Shown in pieces: positions 24,420-37,399 of a stretch of 54,595 nt of DNA. Under the pieces are notes generated by a model. It worked only from the letters and a program-made list of their open reading frames with translations. It made no database searches and had not been told where the DNA came from. Position 1 is the first letter of the stretch. Each line of letters starts with the position of its first letter. Source of the stretch: Octopus bimaculoides (Eukaryota); NCBI RefSeq assembly GCF_001194135.2, contig NC_068987.1:54787890-54842484 (forward strand). The letters are read 5' to 3'. The position numbers were made by a program, and so were the translations under genes.

Positions 24420-24760
24420 TTATTCAGTTTTATTTCAAGACTTCTTACCAATAGAGAACGAACTGGTTTCTAACCTAGATCCAAGGCTCCTTCACTGGAA
24501 TTTCAACATCAAAAGCAGGGTATTTTTTTGAATGTATGTAAGCGTGTATACATGCAGATTTGTATGTTTTATTTTATGTATGTCTTCTCATGCATATACT
24601 TGCATATCTAGACATGCTCATATATACGTAAATGAAAAACGTCTGGAAAATTTTACAGATTTTTAGTCTCACTAATGGACTGGATCTGTAGCTATCGAAT
24701 CAGCTTTCTCCTTTCTGCTTTTGAGAAGCCCAGATTCTCAAGATTGGTATAAACCTGAAC
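24420..24760 (-). mobile_element. R4-like LINE 3' end
   Basis: Matches 15770-16110. Confidence 0.8.
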
Positions 24761-25134
24761 TTGTATGTATGTATGTATGTATGAATGAATGAATAAATGA
24801 ATGAATGAATGAATGAATGAATGAATGAAGGCACACGCATGGTGTGTCTATAGTTCTTTTTAGAACACCTCTAAGACATTTTGGAGGGAGGGAGGAATCT
24901 TCAAACTAGATTCCTGACCCACATGCTTACAACAGGAGCGAATTCTGCAAAAGACATCCAAGGACTATGGCGGTGATAAATCGAGCAAGTATTTAATCGA
25001 CCACCTTAGTACAGCATGGCAGAATTTAAACTCAGAATGCACAAAGCCGGTACAAATTCAGCCCAGCACTCCGTCCGACGGTCAGCTGATTCTACCAGTT
25101 TACCGCATTATTCTGTGTATACATATTTTTTTTC

Positions 25135-25300
25135 TTTTATATATTTCAGTCATTAGACTGCGGCCATACTGGGGCTCCGCTTTGAAGAATCGGCCCTAGT
25201 ACCTTTTTTTTTGAAAAACCTGGTACTTATTCTATCGGTCTCTTTTGCCGAACCGCTAGGTTATGGGGACGGTTGCCATACGGTGGTGAGGGACAAATAC
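25135..25300 (-). mobile_element. SINE family A tail
   Basis: Family A motifs. Confidence 0.7.
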
Positions 25301-25622
25301 ACACACACATGCACACACACACACACACGCACACACACATACACGCACACAGATATGTATAAAACACACACACATGTGCGCGTATATGTGTGTGTGTGTG
25401 TGTTATTGCGAGGATATAGATTCGTCTTAAAAGGGATGTTAGCATCCATGTTACCCCGGTTTAATCCTATATATCGATGAAACGCTCATGAGTCACGTTT
25501 TACTTAGTAGTAAAGTACTTCCCTTGTACACGCACACAAATGCACACATATACTCACAGAGTTTAAACGCTGTTTGATTTTTCTTTTCAGCGTTGAATGT
25601 TTACCATCCCACTTCCATTGCT

Positions 25623-25665
<43 letters not shown>

Positions 25666-25764
25666 TCACATACCTCCCTTTTGCATACTCATACAGAGTT
25701 GAAAGGCACCCACTACCAGTTTGCCATCATCCCTTCTTTTCTCATTCACATGTTGTGGCGGAGA

Positions 25765-26148
25765 TTGTTGGCACTCCGTCGGTTACGACGACGAGGGTTC
25801 CAGTTGATCCGATCAACGGAACAGCCTGCTCGTGAAATTAACGTGCAAGTGGCTGAGCACTCCACAGACATGTGTACCCTTAACGTAGTTCTCAGGGATA
25901 TTCAGCGTGACACTGTGTGACAAGGCTGACCCTTTGAATTACAGGTATAACAGAAACAGGAAGAAAGAGTGAGAGAAAGTTATAGTGAAAGAGTACAGCA
26001 GGGTTCGCCACAACCCCCCTACCGGAGCCTCGTGGATCTTTAGGTGTTTTCGCTCAGTAAATACTCACAACGCCCGGTTTGGGAATCGAAACCGCGATCC
26101 TATGATCGCGAGTCTGCTGCCCTAGCCACTGGGCCATTGCGTCTCCAC
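25765..26148 (-). mobile_element. SINE family C with 11-bp TSD
   Basis: Near-identical to 20051-20438; TSD tgtggcggaga at 25754-25764 and 26149-26159. Confidence 0.9.
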
Positions 26149-26242
26149 TGTGGCGGAGAATAACAAGAGTATTATTATAGAAGATAATTGGCACAAATAT
26201 TAAACACATTACGGAGTCAAGGTATATTTTAACAGATGCTTG

Positions 26243-26610
26243 GGATCTTTGGGGTTTGACGGGCAACATTTGTTTTCTTAACGAAACACTTTCAAACTTG
26301 GGACACTGGTAGAATGTGTCATATAAAACAACTTCTTCTCTTAACCTTTTTAACAAAACATTGTACATCGCAAGTTATTTCATGTTAAAGTTGTCGTATT
26401 TCTGTAATTTCAACCAATCACTGACGTCTATTCACCTGAATACAGTTACTGCTGTTCGGTGTCAAGTGTGTTATTCCCTGTTTAATTATATCATTATTCC
26501 CTAGTAAGGGTTTAGGGTTTTAGGGTTAGGGTTAGGGTTTTAGGGTTGGGGTTAGGGTTAGGGTTATGAGTTATAGGGTTAGAGTTAAGGTTATGGCAAA
26601 AATAATCATA
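26243..26610. mobile_element. TIR-element arm (GGATC start) with (TTAGGG)n-like repeats
   Basis: Shares the ccaatcactgacgtctattca core and telomere-like repeats with 1865-3318; a related partial copy lies at about 54450-54595. Confidence 0.6.
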
Positions 26611-27055
26611 NNNNNNNNNNNNNNNNNNNNNNNNNNNNNNNNNNNNNNNNNNNNNNNNNNNNNNNNNNNNNNNNNNNNNNNNNNNNNNNNNNNNNNNNNN
26701 NNNNNNNNNNNNNNNNNNNNNNNNNNNNNNNNNNNNNNNNNNNNNNNNNNNNNNNNNNNNNNNNNNNNNNNNNNNNNNNNNNNNNNNNNNNNNNNNNNNN
26801 NNNNNNNNNNNNNNNNNNNNNNNNNNNNNNNNNNNNNNNNNNNNNNNNNNNNNNNNNNNNNNNNNNNNNNNNNNNNNNNNNNNNNNNNNNNNNNNNNNNN
26901 NNNNNNNNNNNNNNNNNNNNNNNNNNNNNNNNNNNNNNNNNNNNNNNNNNNNNNNNNNNNNNNNNNNNNNNNNNNNNNNNNNNNNNNNNNNNNNNNNNNN
27001 NNNNNNNNNNNNNNNNNNNNNNNNNNNNNNNNNNNNNNNNNNNNNNNNNNNNNNN

Positions 27056-27097
<42 letters not shown>

Positions 27098-27100
<3 letters not shown>

Positions 27101-27262
27101 ATGGGTTTCTTTCAGTTCCCGTCTACTATATGCACACACAAGGCTTTGGTCGGTCCGAAACTATAGTAGAAGACACCTGCTCAAAGTAGCACGCAGTGAG
27201 AATGACCCCTGTACCATGTGGTTGAGAAACAAGCTTCTTACCACGCAACCACTGATGCGCCT
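27098..27262 (-). mobile_element. SINE family A head
   Basis: Family A head motifs. Confidence 0.75.
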
Positions 27263-27440
27263 ATATCGATATATATATATATATAAAGAGAGAGGGGGTG
27301 AGAGAGAGCGATACATACATAAGTATATGTATTTATACATGTATATGTATAAATATACACACAGACACACATATATGCACTTACATACACATACAAAACA
27401 CACATTCGCACATACACACTCACACACGCGCGCACGCATG

Positions 27441-27477
<37 letters not shown>

Positions 27478-27478
<1 letters not shown>

Positions 27479-27634
27479 AGGCGGACCCATGGCAGGGGAC
27501 CTGAGGGGCACGTGCCCCAATCAAAAACAAAAAGTTCGCCCTTCTAAATAATGTTATTACGCCCTTTTCTCCTAGAATTGTATTCCCTTCTGACCTTGTG
27601 CCCTCTCTTCGAAAAATTCCTTAGACCGCGCCTG
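27478..27634. mobile_element. Possible hAT-type MITE
   Basis: Imperfect TIRs taggcggacccatgg / ccttagaccgcgcctg. Confidence 0.35.
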
Positions 27635-27704
27635 CACACAGCCAATCAATAGATAAGCTATGTAAGTATGTATGTAAGTCTTAATATATATCTATATATG
27701 TAAG

Positions 27705-27915
27705 CCGGCGAGATAGCTAAATCGTTAGCTAAATGCTAAGCGATATTTCGTCCATCTTTACGTTCTGATTTCAAATTCTGCCGTAGCCTACTTTACCTTT
27801 TATCCTTTTGGAGATCGATAAAATAAGTACCAGTTGAGTGCTGGAGGTGGGGCTCGATGTAATCGACTTATCCCCTCCTCCGAATTTGCTGACTTTGTGC
27901 TAAAATTTTCAAATC
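27705..27915 (+). mobile_element. SINE family E
   Basis: Family E core motifs. Confidence 0.75.
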
Positions 27916-28439
27916 AATATACCTATGCATCAATGTATACGTATACACACACAAAACACAAAAATCATACACACATATATATATATATATATGTGTATGT
28001 ACACCACTACTAAATAATAAAATTAAAAATCCAAATAATAACAGAATAAAAGAAGTTATTTATTTAAATATTTTTTCCCTCCTCGGTTAAGCAGTTACTG
28101 AAAAATATAATAATAACTATTTGTCTGCTTGTATTTCGTAGTTTGTTTTCTTCTAATTTATAATAAAAAATATTTTTTTTAAAAACTATTTTTTTCCATT
28201 TGTTAGTTGTCGGCGAGGTGGGGAGGTGACTCGTTAGTTTTGCTTTTGTTTTTCTTTTTTCTTCATCGTAATTTACTTACAGACTGACGTGCAGTTTTTT
28301 TCCTCTTTAGCTTATATATCTTTGATAAAAGCAATAATTTTAACTGTATCAGTCAGCAGTAACAGAAAAATTTAGAGAAAAGAACAAAAACTGCACTTAC
28401 TTTCGGAAATGTTAGCACTGTATAAACATGAATGTGATT

Positions 28440-28518
28440 GAGAGAGACAGAGATAGAGAGAGAGACAGAGAGAGAGAGACAGAGACAGAGACAGACAGAC
28501 AGACAGACAGAGACAGAC

Positions 28519-28555
<37 letters not shown>

Positions 28556-28587
28556 GACGGACAGACAGACAGAGACAGACAGACAGA
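28440..28587. repeat. (GA)n/(GACA)n microsatellite
   Basis: Directly visible. Confidence 0.95.
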
Positions 28588-28633
28588 GTTCATGTTTGAA
28601 TGTGTGTGGGGGAGGGGGTGATGTATGTATCTA

Positions 28634-29730
28634 CAGCCTTGGCCATAAGTATTAGGCCACCCAATGTTTTGGGGTTCTGCTTTCTGAATGTTCATGAAAC
28701 TCGTGTACTTGGTAGGTTATGGTATATTTCACAATATACATTAGTTTTAATATCTGGTTGACCCTCCTTTAGCGTCAATTACTGCTTTTATACGGTTAGG
28801 TATTGAATCAACTAGTTGCTTGCAGGTATTAGGCACAGTTTTGCTCCATCCTTCTCTCAACTTTTGGTGCAAATGCTCTTTATTTTTAATTGTTGTGTTC
28901 CTGATAGCTTCGCCAAGATTTCCCCATAAGTGTTCGATTGGATTTAGATCGGGACTTTTGAGTTCGCCAGTCCATGGGAACACTCCTGAATGCAATTTAG
29001 CAATTGATGCCTCTAAAACATCCAATAACATAGAAACATAGGTAGCTGAATCTATCCATCCTTCCCTGACATAAAAACATTTCTCCGGGTCCTATGGTAG
29101 ACATGCAGACTCACACCATGATAGAGCCACCCCCGTGTTTTACGGTTGGTAACAGATGTTCAGCCGTAAATGCTTCCCCAACTCTGCGTTGCACGAAATT
29201 TGCACCAGATGTACCGAAAACCTGAGTAAAAATATGAAAAATAATATTAACTTTATGTTGAATACTTTTTTTTATATATTTCGGGCAACAAACCAGTTAC
29301 ATTAAGTTTATATGTTGATTGAATACATGTACTATCTTACCTTGTAGTTACTTTCATCAGACCATATGACTTTCGACCATTGTTCACTGGTCCAATTTGA
29401 GTGGTTTTTGGCCCACTGAAGACATTTTTCCATATTCGCTTCAGAAACCTATGGCTTCTTCCTAGCTTTACAGCCTTTCAGACCATACACTACAAGCCTT
29501 CTTCTAACAGATCTGGTTAATATTTGTGAAGTACTTGCCTCATTGAAGTCCGCACAGAGCTCCGACGATGTTTTTCTCCTGTTTCTGAGCGACTGACAGA
29601 TGATGGATCTGTCATCACGAAGTGATGTAACCTTTTTTTCTACCCGTTCTTTGTATTGTTTTCACATCTTTTGTCTCTCTGAAGCGCTTGAGAGTCGCTT
29701 GCACTGAAGTATTGACAAGCAGTGTTGGGT
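28634..29730 (-). mobile_element. Decayed Tc1 transposon with an intron-interrupted transposase
   Basis: TA followed by TIR cagccttggccataagtattaggccaccc. Minus-strand translation gives RTGRKK, KGCKARKKP, WSKVIWSDESNYK|VFGTSG...TVKHGGGSIMV, SPDLNPIEHLW...KAVIDAKGGSTRY, with stops and frameshifts. Confidence 0.9.
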
Positions 29731-30599
29731 TGTTTATGTCTCCGTGAATTAGCGGTTCGTCAAAAGGAACCGATATAATAAATGTCAGACTTAAATATAA
29801 GGACTGGTGCCCCAGTACGGCTGCGATCGAATGAGGGAAACAAGTAAAAAAAAAATGATTAAAGATGAATATATTAGGTTTTGGACCTTGGAACAACTCT
29901 TCTCACGGGTTTCGTGTTTTTTTGGATCAACTGGTATTCTAAGGAGGAATTCTAAAAAAAATAAGGCTTTACTTTTCATTTAGAAAAAGATTTATTTTCC
30001 AATTTTTCTTGGTTACTGAAGCGTTATGTTTTATCAGTTTNNNNNNNNNNNNNNNNNNNNNNNNNNNNNNNNNNNNNNNNNNNNNNNNNNNNNNNNNNNN
30101 NNNNNNNNNNNNNNNNNNNNNNNNNNNNNNNNNNNNNNNNNNNNNNNNNNNNNNNNNNNNNNNNNNNNNNNNNNNNNNNNNNNNNNNNNNNNNNNNNNNN
30201 NNNNNNNNNNNNNNNNNNNNNNNNNNNNNNNNNNNNNNNNNNNNNNNNNNNNNNNNNNNNNNNNNNNNNNNNNNNNNNNNNNNNNNNNNNNNNNNNNNNN
30301 NNNNNNNNNNNNNNNNNNNNNNNNNNNNNNNNNNNNNNNNNNNNNNNNNNNNNNNNNNNNNNNNNNNNNNNNNNNNNNNNNNNNNNNNNNNNNNNNNNNN
30401 NNNNNNNNNNNNNNNNNNNNNNNNNNNNNNNNNNNNNNNNNNNNNNNNNNNNNNNNNNNNNNNNNNNNNNNNNNNNNNNNNNNNNNNNNNNNNNNNNNNN
30501 NNNNNNNNNNNNNNNNNNNNNNNNNNNNNNNNNNNNNNNNNNNNNNNNNNNNNNNNNNNNNNNNNNNNNNNNNNNNNNNNNNNNNNNNNNNAGTGAATC

Positions 30600-30705
30600 G
30601 GCAAAAGGAGCCGACAAAATAAGTACTGAGGTCGACTCATTCGACTAAAGCCTTTCAAAGTGGTGCTCCAACATAGCCATAGTCCAATGACTGAAACAAG
30701 TAAAA
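30600..30705 (+). mobile_element. SINE family A tail, + orientation
   Basis: ggtgctccaacatagccatagtccaatgactgaaacaagtaaaa; a similar tail lies at 29752-29848. Confidence 0.7.
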
Positions 30706-31338
30706 AAAAAATGATTAAAGATGAATATATTAGGTTTTGGACCTTGGAACAACTCTTCTCACGGGTTTCGTGTTTTTTTGGATCAACTGGTATTCTAAGG
30801 AGGAATTCTAAAAAAAATAAGGCTTTACTTTTCATTTAGAAAAAGATTTATTTTCCAATTTTTCTTGGTTACTGAAGCGTTATGTTTTATCAGTTTTAAA
30901 GGTAGCTTTTTATATTTTTTTAATTTGTTCTGATAGTTGTCGTTTATTCGATTATTAAATTTAAACTTGTTTTAGTTTAATTTTCGCTTTTATAACGCGA
31001 GTTGCAACATTTAAGATACTTGATAAAATACATTAAATTTTAAATTGTATGCACCTTAATATGAATATAAGCAACTATACGGTAAGAAACAACAAAAAGG
31101 AACTCCAAATACATTGAATACAAGCTGATTATGATAGAAAACGATGTAAAATATGATAATAAATTACATGAATCATGTAATATAATATGTCTAAGTTGTT
31201 GAATTTAACTGATTACAGCTATAAAGGAGCTACTTATTTAATGATTTATAGCTGTCATATAAACCTATAAGGTATATTATACACTATTGCCAGAAAATAA
31301 GAGGTATGTATAGTAACAGACTGTTATTAAACAATTTA

Positions 31339-32109
31339 AGAGGATGGGCTGAAAAGTTCATTGGCTGACTATAAAGGAGTAATACTAGAGCTGTGAAATC
31401 TTGCATGCATTAATTTCCACTCTTCTTATTAATAACTGCGTTAGATTTTTCCAGATAAACTGGCATCTGATGGTTGAAAGAAGACTTCAAAAGTAACTGA
31501 TAGCAACAGCAGATATGATGTCATCATCACAGCGATACTGGTTCCCAGCTAAGTGTTTCTTCATGTTGGGGAACAGATGAGAGTCAGTAAGGGCCAAATC
31601 AAGGGAATAGGGAGGGTAGTCAACCAGTTCAAAGCCATGGCCATACACATCAGCCACTGAAACCAAGGGCTGGTGTTGTGGATTATTGTCTTGATGAAAC
31701 AAGACCCCTTTCGTGATCAATGTCTTCCTCGGTGGCGGCAGTTGCAGGACGCCCAGACCCTGGGTCATCTTCGGACTCTTCCTTCCCCTCCTGAATTCAG
31801 CATCCCACTGTTGCATTGTTGATAAAGCTGGTGCATCATCCCCTAATGTAGCAACCATGTCAGCATGAACGTCCTTGGGGGTTAAACCGATTTTCTGCAC
31901 ATATTTAATAACACCACCATGGCAAATATTGTCCATTTTCAAGAAAAGTCGCTACCAGTCACTTTTGAAGTCTTCTTTGAGCAGCCAGATGTCAGAAAGA
32001 AACAGCAGTTATCAATAAGAAGAAATGCAATTAATACATACAAGATTTCACAGCTCTTGTATAATTCCTTCCTTCATAGTCAGACAATGACTTTTTCAGC
32101 CCACCCTCG
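31339..32109 (-). mobile_element. Internally deleted mariner element with TA TSD and long TIRs
   Basis: TIRs agaggatgggctgaaaagttcattggctgact / agtcagacaatgactttttcagcccaccctcg flanked by TA. ORF 31487-31942 has a mariner HTH start and LFHQDN...YPPYSLDLA..DSHLFPNMKKHLAG motifs. Confidence 0.9.
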
Positions 32110-32309
32110 TATTAATATTGCGTGAATTATACATGCCGCATTATTCATATATTGTATATTTTACTGGCGGTCCTTCGATGTAGAGCATTCTAGATCTCGG
32201 TGGAATAGATCCTGAACGGTGCTACCTATGTTGACAAGTATATGACACTGGCTAAATCTGGATATACAAACATGCATACAAACATACATACATACATGCA
32301 TACATACAT

Positions 32310-32740
32310 ACATGCATACAATATTCCACAATATATTTGCAGTACCAATGCTGATCCCAACATTTAGGATATTTGATTGGTTTATAGATGAAATCCACTC
32401 CATAGATATCAAAGCCCGCAAAATCCCGACAACTGGGAACTTCCACCAGAACAGTGATGTTGACAGGGTCTACCTAAGAAGAAATGAAGGTGGTAGAGGT
32501 CTGAGATCAGTGCAGATGGCTTTCGAATGCCGTATAGTATCACTCAGGCAGTACCTGCCAAGCAACAGCAGCAAAAATAAATGTATAAATGCAGTCCTGA
32601 AAAGTGAAATGAGCAACGTTGTACGAGTTGGCAGTGAGCTCCTCAAGAAGCACTCTCTTCCTAATGATCTCCTATACACCCCCAAAACAGCTGGGCTCTC
32701 TTAACTCCAAGCATCTGATTCTCTGAACTAGCAAGCTACG
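32310..32740 (+). pseudogene. R4/RTE-like LINE reverse transcriptase C-terminal fragment
   Basis: ...EIHSIDIKARK...NSDVDRVYLRRNEGGRGLRSV, the typical post-RT DRLYLPRKEGGRGL motif. Confidence 0.8.
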
Positions 32741-33716
32741 TGACACCCCTATCCATCCGATCCACCCACCGCTTCCCTATTTTCTGAACCTCATCAACCT
32801 TACCCCACCCACACTAAACACTTTTCTCAGTTCTTTCCTCCACTACAACTGCAATCTTCCGAAACACATTTTCTTCTATTCCCGTTCTTGTAGCTTTAAA
32901 TTACCCCCACTTCATCCCGGTCTACCCTCAGTGAGTAGACCTGTGATTAAAGGTGTTCCAACCATGACTGTCTCGTGTGTGTTTGTATAATGCACACAAA
33001 CACACACACACACACACATAAATACATGTGTATACCATTACATTGTCTAATGTGCCCTGCATTCTTTAAAAGACGATGGAAGGACGTGAACTACGATTTC
33101 TGGCTGATTACTACATAAAGCAGGTATCGGCAACTTTTGTCGGGAGGCGGGCTATATAAGATATGTTTCATCATCAGGCGGGCTGCAGTTTGGCCATAAA
33201 TGTTCCTCTTTCATTGGTTCCTCTTGTCCTCGTTTTTTTAGCATCAATGTACAGAAGCTCAAGCTGCATTAATTTTAACGGTCTATGAAGACCTACAACT
33301 ATCATAGTCACTGCGTAACTCCTCTGATTAAAGTGAAAACATTAACATTAAATCGCAGTTGCTTACGATATACCTTGCTTACGATATTCTTTTCGCTGCT
33401 ATATTTTCAGTGCTGTACAACGGCTCTTGAACTTAACAAGTGTTGACTATTTTCTCTCTGGCTTTAGATTCTTATTTCAAGGTTAGAAATCAAGCTATTC
33501 GGTAATCAGTAACTAAATTGTAAGTTTCCAAGTCTATTTTGTCTGTTATTTTCTCGCAGATCAATATTTACTCTTCTCATTTCGTATGCAGGTCATGTTA
33601 TGTTATTCTATGTTGGATGAAGTAAAAATATTTATGATTAGTTTTCTTCATACTTTTCGTTTCCATTTTTTTTCTCCTCGAAGAACTAAGACATTTAACG
33701 TTTGGGAGACGAAATC

Positions 33717-33760
<44 letters not shown>

Positions 33761-33859
33761 GAGAGGTTTTATAATAAGAACAGGAATAATGACGATTTAA
33801 TTTCAAAGTGTCATGCTTAAAATCTTAAGTTAGTGAATTTTGATCCAATAAATGTCTCG

Positions 33860-34170
33860 GAAACTCCGAAGCATTAGCAATAACGTGTGCTTGGCTCCAA
33901 TTTGCTCATTCCGAAATAAATCTCTTCTTGAATAAAACGGCAGTCGAATAACATGTGGTATTCCAAGAAGATATTCCTGACAGCAAAAGTGATGCAGAAC
34001 TTAGTATTCTGCATTAATTCCAAGAAAAGTTTTTCACTAAATAATTTTCGGTGATCGTCTTCTCAGTAATTTTAGTTTTCATTTTCTCAAGAGAAGGCAG
34101 CACGATGGATTAGAGAAAACAGTTGACAGGCCTTGGCGAAAGAAAAGATCGCTTCTCAATAACTTCAGTT
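33860..34170 (-). pseudogene. Degraded hAT (Charlie-like) transposase remnant
   Basis: Fragmentary similarity (RFIQEEIYF) to hAT motifs; many stops. Confidence 0.3.
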
Positions 34171-34196
34171 TCAATTTCATAGCAGAGTCAGGTGCA

Positions 34197-34500
34197 ATGA
34201 ACAGGTCGCGGTCTCAAAGCAATGAAAATATTTTGACAAATTAAATTTAAATGTTGAAGTGAATCTAACGGTTTTTGTGTGTCAGAATTTTGTCAGTGAA
34301 CAGGTCGCGGTCTCAAAGCGACGAAAATATTTTGACAAATTAAATTTAAATGTTGAAGTGAATCTAACGGTTTTTGTGTGTCAGAATTTTATCAGTGAAC
34401 AGGTCGCGGTTTCAAAGCGACGAAAATATTTTGACAAATTAAATTTAAATGTTGAAGTGAATCTAACGGTTTTTGTGTGTCAGAATTTTGTCAGTGAACA
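34197..34500. repeat. 99-bp tandem repeat (at least 3 units, runs into a gap)
   Basis: Unit gaacaggtcgcggtctcaaagcgacgaaaatattttgacaaatt...cagt starts at 34199, 34298 and 34397. Confidence 0.95.
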
Positions 34501-36469
34501 NNNNNNNNNNNNNNNNNNNNNNNNNNNNNNNNNNNNNNNNNNNNNNNNNNNNNNNNNNNNNNNNNNNNNNNNNNNNNNNNNNNNNNNNNNNNNNNNNNNN
34601 NNNNNNNNNNNNNNNNNNNNNNNNNNNNNNNNNNNNNNNNNNNNNNNNNNNNNNNNNNNNNNNNNNNNNNNNNNNNNNNNNNNNNNNNNNNNNNNNNNNN
34701 NNNNNNNNNNNNNNNNNNNNNNNNNNNNNNNNNNNNNNNNNNNNNNNNNNNNNNNNNNNNNNNNNNNNNNNNNNNNNNNNNNNNNNNNNNNNNNNNNNNN
34801 NNNNNNNNNNNNNNNNNNNNNNNNNNNNNNNNNNNNNNNNNNNNNNNNNNNNNNNNNNNNNNNNNNNNNNNNNNNNNNNNNNNNNNNNNNNNNNNNNNNN
34901 NNNNNNNNNNNNNNNNNNNNNNNNNNNNNNNNNNNNNNNNNNNNNNNNNNNNNNNNNNNNNNNNNNNNNNNNNNNNNNNNNNNNNNNNNNNNNNNNNNNN
35001 NNNNNNNNNNNNNNNNNNNNNNNNNNNNNNNNNNNNNNNNNNNNNNNNNNNNNNNNNNNNNNNNNNCGAAAGACACCTGTTGTTATGTCGTTATTATTTT
35101 TATTGTATTTGTGTAAAATTGTTCGTTTTTTTTTTTGTCCTTGTTTTTGTATACATTCGCTGCTTTCTTCCAAGGAATCTAATGCGCTTAGCTTAGTTTT
35201 TCCTTGGGGCTGGCCAGATTGGAGCAATATCGAGTATAATCAGCCGAAATTGCAAAGATAATCTAGATCTCGACTGATGAAAGAAAACTCCGAATGACCT
35301 GTCCTTGTTTTCTTCGTATCGTCTATCTGGATGTTTTGTTGTCCCTTTCTTGTATCACCTTATAATAAAAGCGAAATTCTGTCTGTCTGGAACCCTGTAT
35401 CTCAGTCTACATTTGCTCTAAATAGACATATACCTTTTTGGAATCAGTATGATGTCGGGATTGAAAATCTGCCCTTGAACATCCAGTTTTAGTATCTGAT
35501 TTAAAAGCATTTGGGTTGCTACTTCTAGCAGGTAAAGCTTGGCGGATTCACGCCATCTTGATTCACATTTGTCAGATGACGTCAGAGACCAAGGGGGAGA
35601 TAAACGACATTCCCATCGTTGATTTTACGTCGAGATAAGAACTCTGGGACAAATTGGCCAACAGATGGAATTCAATTTGGAACTGGAACAATAGAATGAT
35701 TGCATTACAGAATTAATTCTCATCCGTCCTTAACATCTGATCAAATACCACCGGGGCATATGGTCATTATAAATATATTATATTCATGCTATGTATAGTC
35801 ATCCTATTTTGGGGCCGCAAGCTCAATTAGCCCTCTGCAGGAGCTAGCTTAAAGTCTGCACGGGGTGCGATTTTTAAGTTGATATATTTATTCACTACCT
35901 GAATTGCCCGGCGTTGCCCGAATCACTGCTGTTCTTATTCAAGTTAGTAAACAATAAATATGAAGATGTATCTTTTTCTCATAATTATTTTAAAATATGT
36001 ATATTTTAAAATATCTAAATTGTAATGATAATAGAATTTAGAACTGAAAATCTGTGAATCTTGAAGCACATCAGGGTAAGCAATATTCATTGAGTAATTT
36101 TTTGTTACTGTCCAAATGAATAAATTGTTGCTTCTTCCAACTCATGAGCAACCAACATAGATTTGGCCGCGGGAGAAACATTTAGTAGAGAAATGAAGTC
36201 CAACTACCTTAGGGGATTGGCCCTGAGATTTGTTAATTGAAATGCCAAAACTAAGTTTGATTGGAAACTGAAGCGTCTTAAATTCGAAATTTAACATCTA
36301 TAGGTATGAGATGAAATTTTGGAATAAAGACATTTTCTTCTTTGTGACTACTTGTTATGATTGTTGAGTGTAGGACATTTTGATTTGATTTGGTGGAGCC
36401 GTTTGAGAATGCATAGGGAACAAACAGACAGACAGACAAAGAATTATATATATGCGTGTGTGTGTGTGA

Positions 36470-36503
<34 letters not shown>

Positions 36504-36606
36504 TCACTCACAAACATAAATATCTCGAAAATGTGTGTGTGTGTGCGTAACGTATGTTTGTATGTATATGCGTATCTGAAGATATGTGTGTCTGTATCTG
36601 AGTGTA

Positions 36607-36640
<34 letters not shown>

Positions 36641-36799
36641 CATACATACATACAGAGGTGCAGAGATCTCTTTCTTTAAAGGAGGAGGCAAAAGAATTGC
36701 TTCGCCCGAAATTTTACAGAAATACTAATTTATAATGAAAATGTCTTTTTATCCATCAACAATACAGCCAACACAGGTCACACAATATACAGCTTAAAA

Positions 36800-37200
36800 G
36801 AAATGCTATTTCGTAACAGCCAAAATATCAGTATTTTGTCCACATTTCGACCCGACATATTTTCGATCAATATTTAATATTGTCACATTGTGTAATCATG
36901 TTTGACCCTCTGGTCTTCAAATATTCTTTCATTCATCTGAGTTCATTAAAGAAGCGTTTTACCGAACACGTTGTAACAGGAATACTTGCGAAGATACCAG
37001 CAATTTTGTCCACAACTTGCACTATGCCATAATAATCGTTCTTCTAAATTGTTTCACTCTACCAACTACAATTTCCTGTGAACTGATGGATGCATTTAGC
37101 TTGCGACAAATTTCGTGTGGATTGCTTTTTACCCTTTAGGAGATCCAGATCATTATCATAATGTAATACAATAAGTCGATAGTGCTAATCGGAACCATCT
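36800..37200 (-). pseudogene. Highly degraded Tc1/mariner-like remnant
   Basis: Fragmentary SDE-like and downstream similarity only. Confidence 0.3.
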
Positions 37201-37399
37201 GGATCATCGGGAATAAGGATAATATAACCATGTAGTTAAAGTAATGTTTTGGCCATTATCATTAAACTTTGATTCCATTTTCACAATAGCATAATCAACG
37301 TTGAAATGACAGGTATCTTTTGGAAGTCTTTAGCAGCTTGAACGCGTAACACTTTCAGATTAGTGATACAGCTGTGGGAACGAAATCTGCTCTCTAGTA

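Noticed and set aside
26505-26595. TTAGGG repeats as a real telomere
   Set aside because: Short, degenerate, internal and embedded in a dispersed TIR element.
29830-30895. About 210-bp direct duplication flanking a gap
   Set aside because: Identical sequence on both sides of an N run is typical of unmerged contig overlap.
34197-34500. CRISPR-like array or 33-aa repeat protein
   Set aside because: Units are contiguous with no unique spacers, no cas genes are present, and the ORF is a by-product of the 99-bp period.
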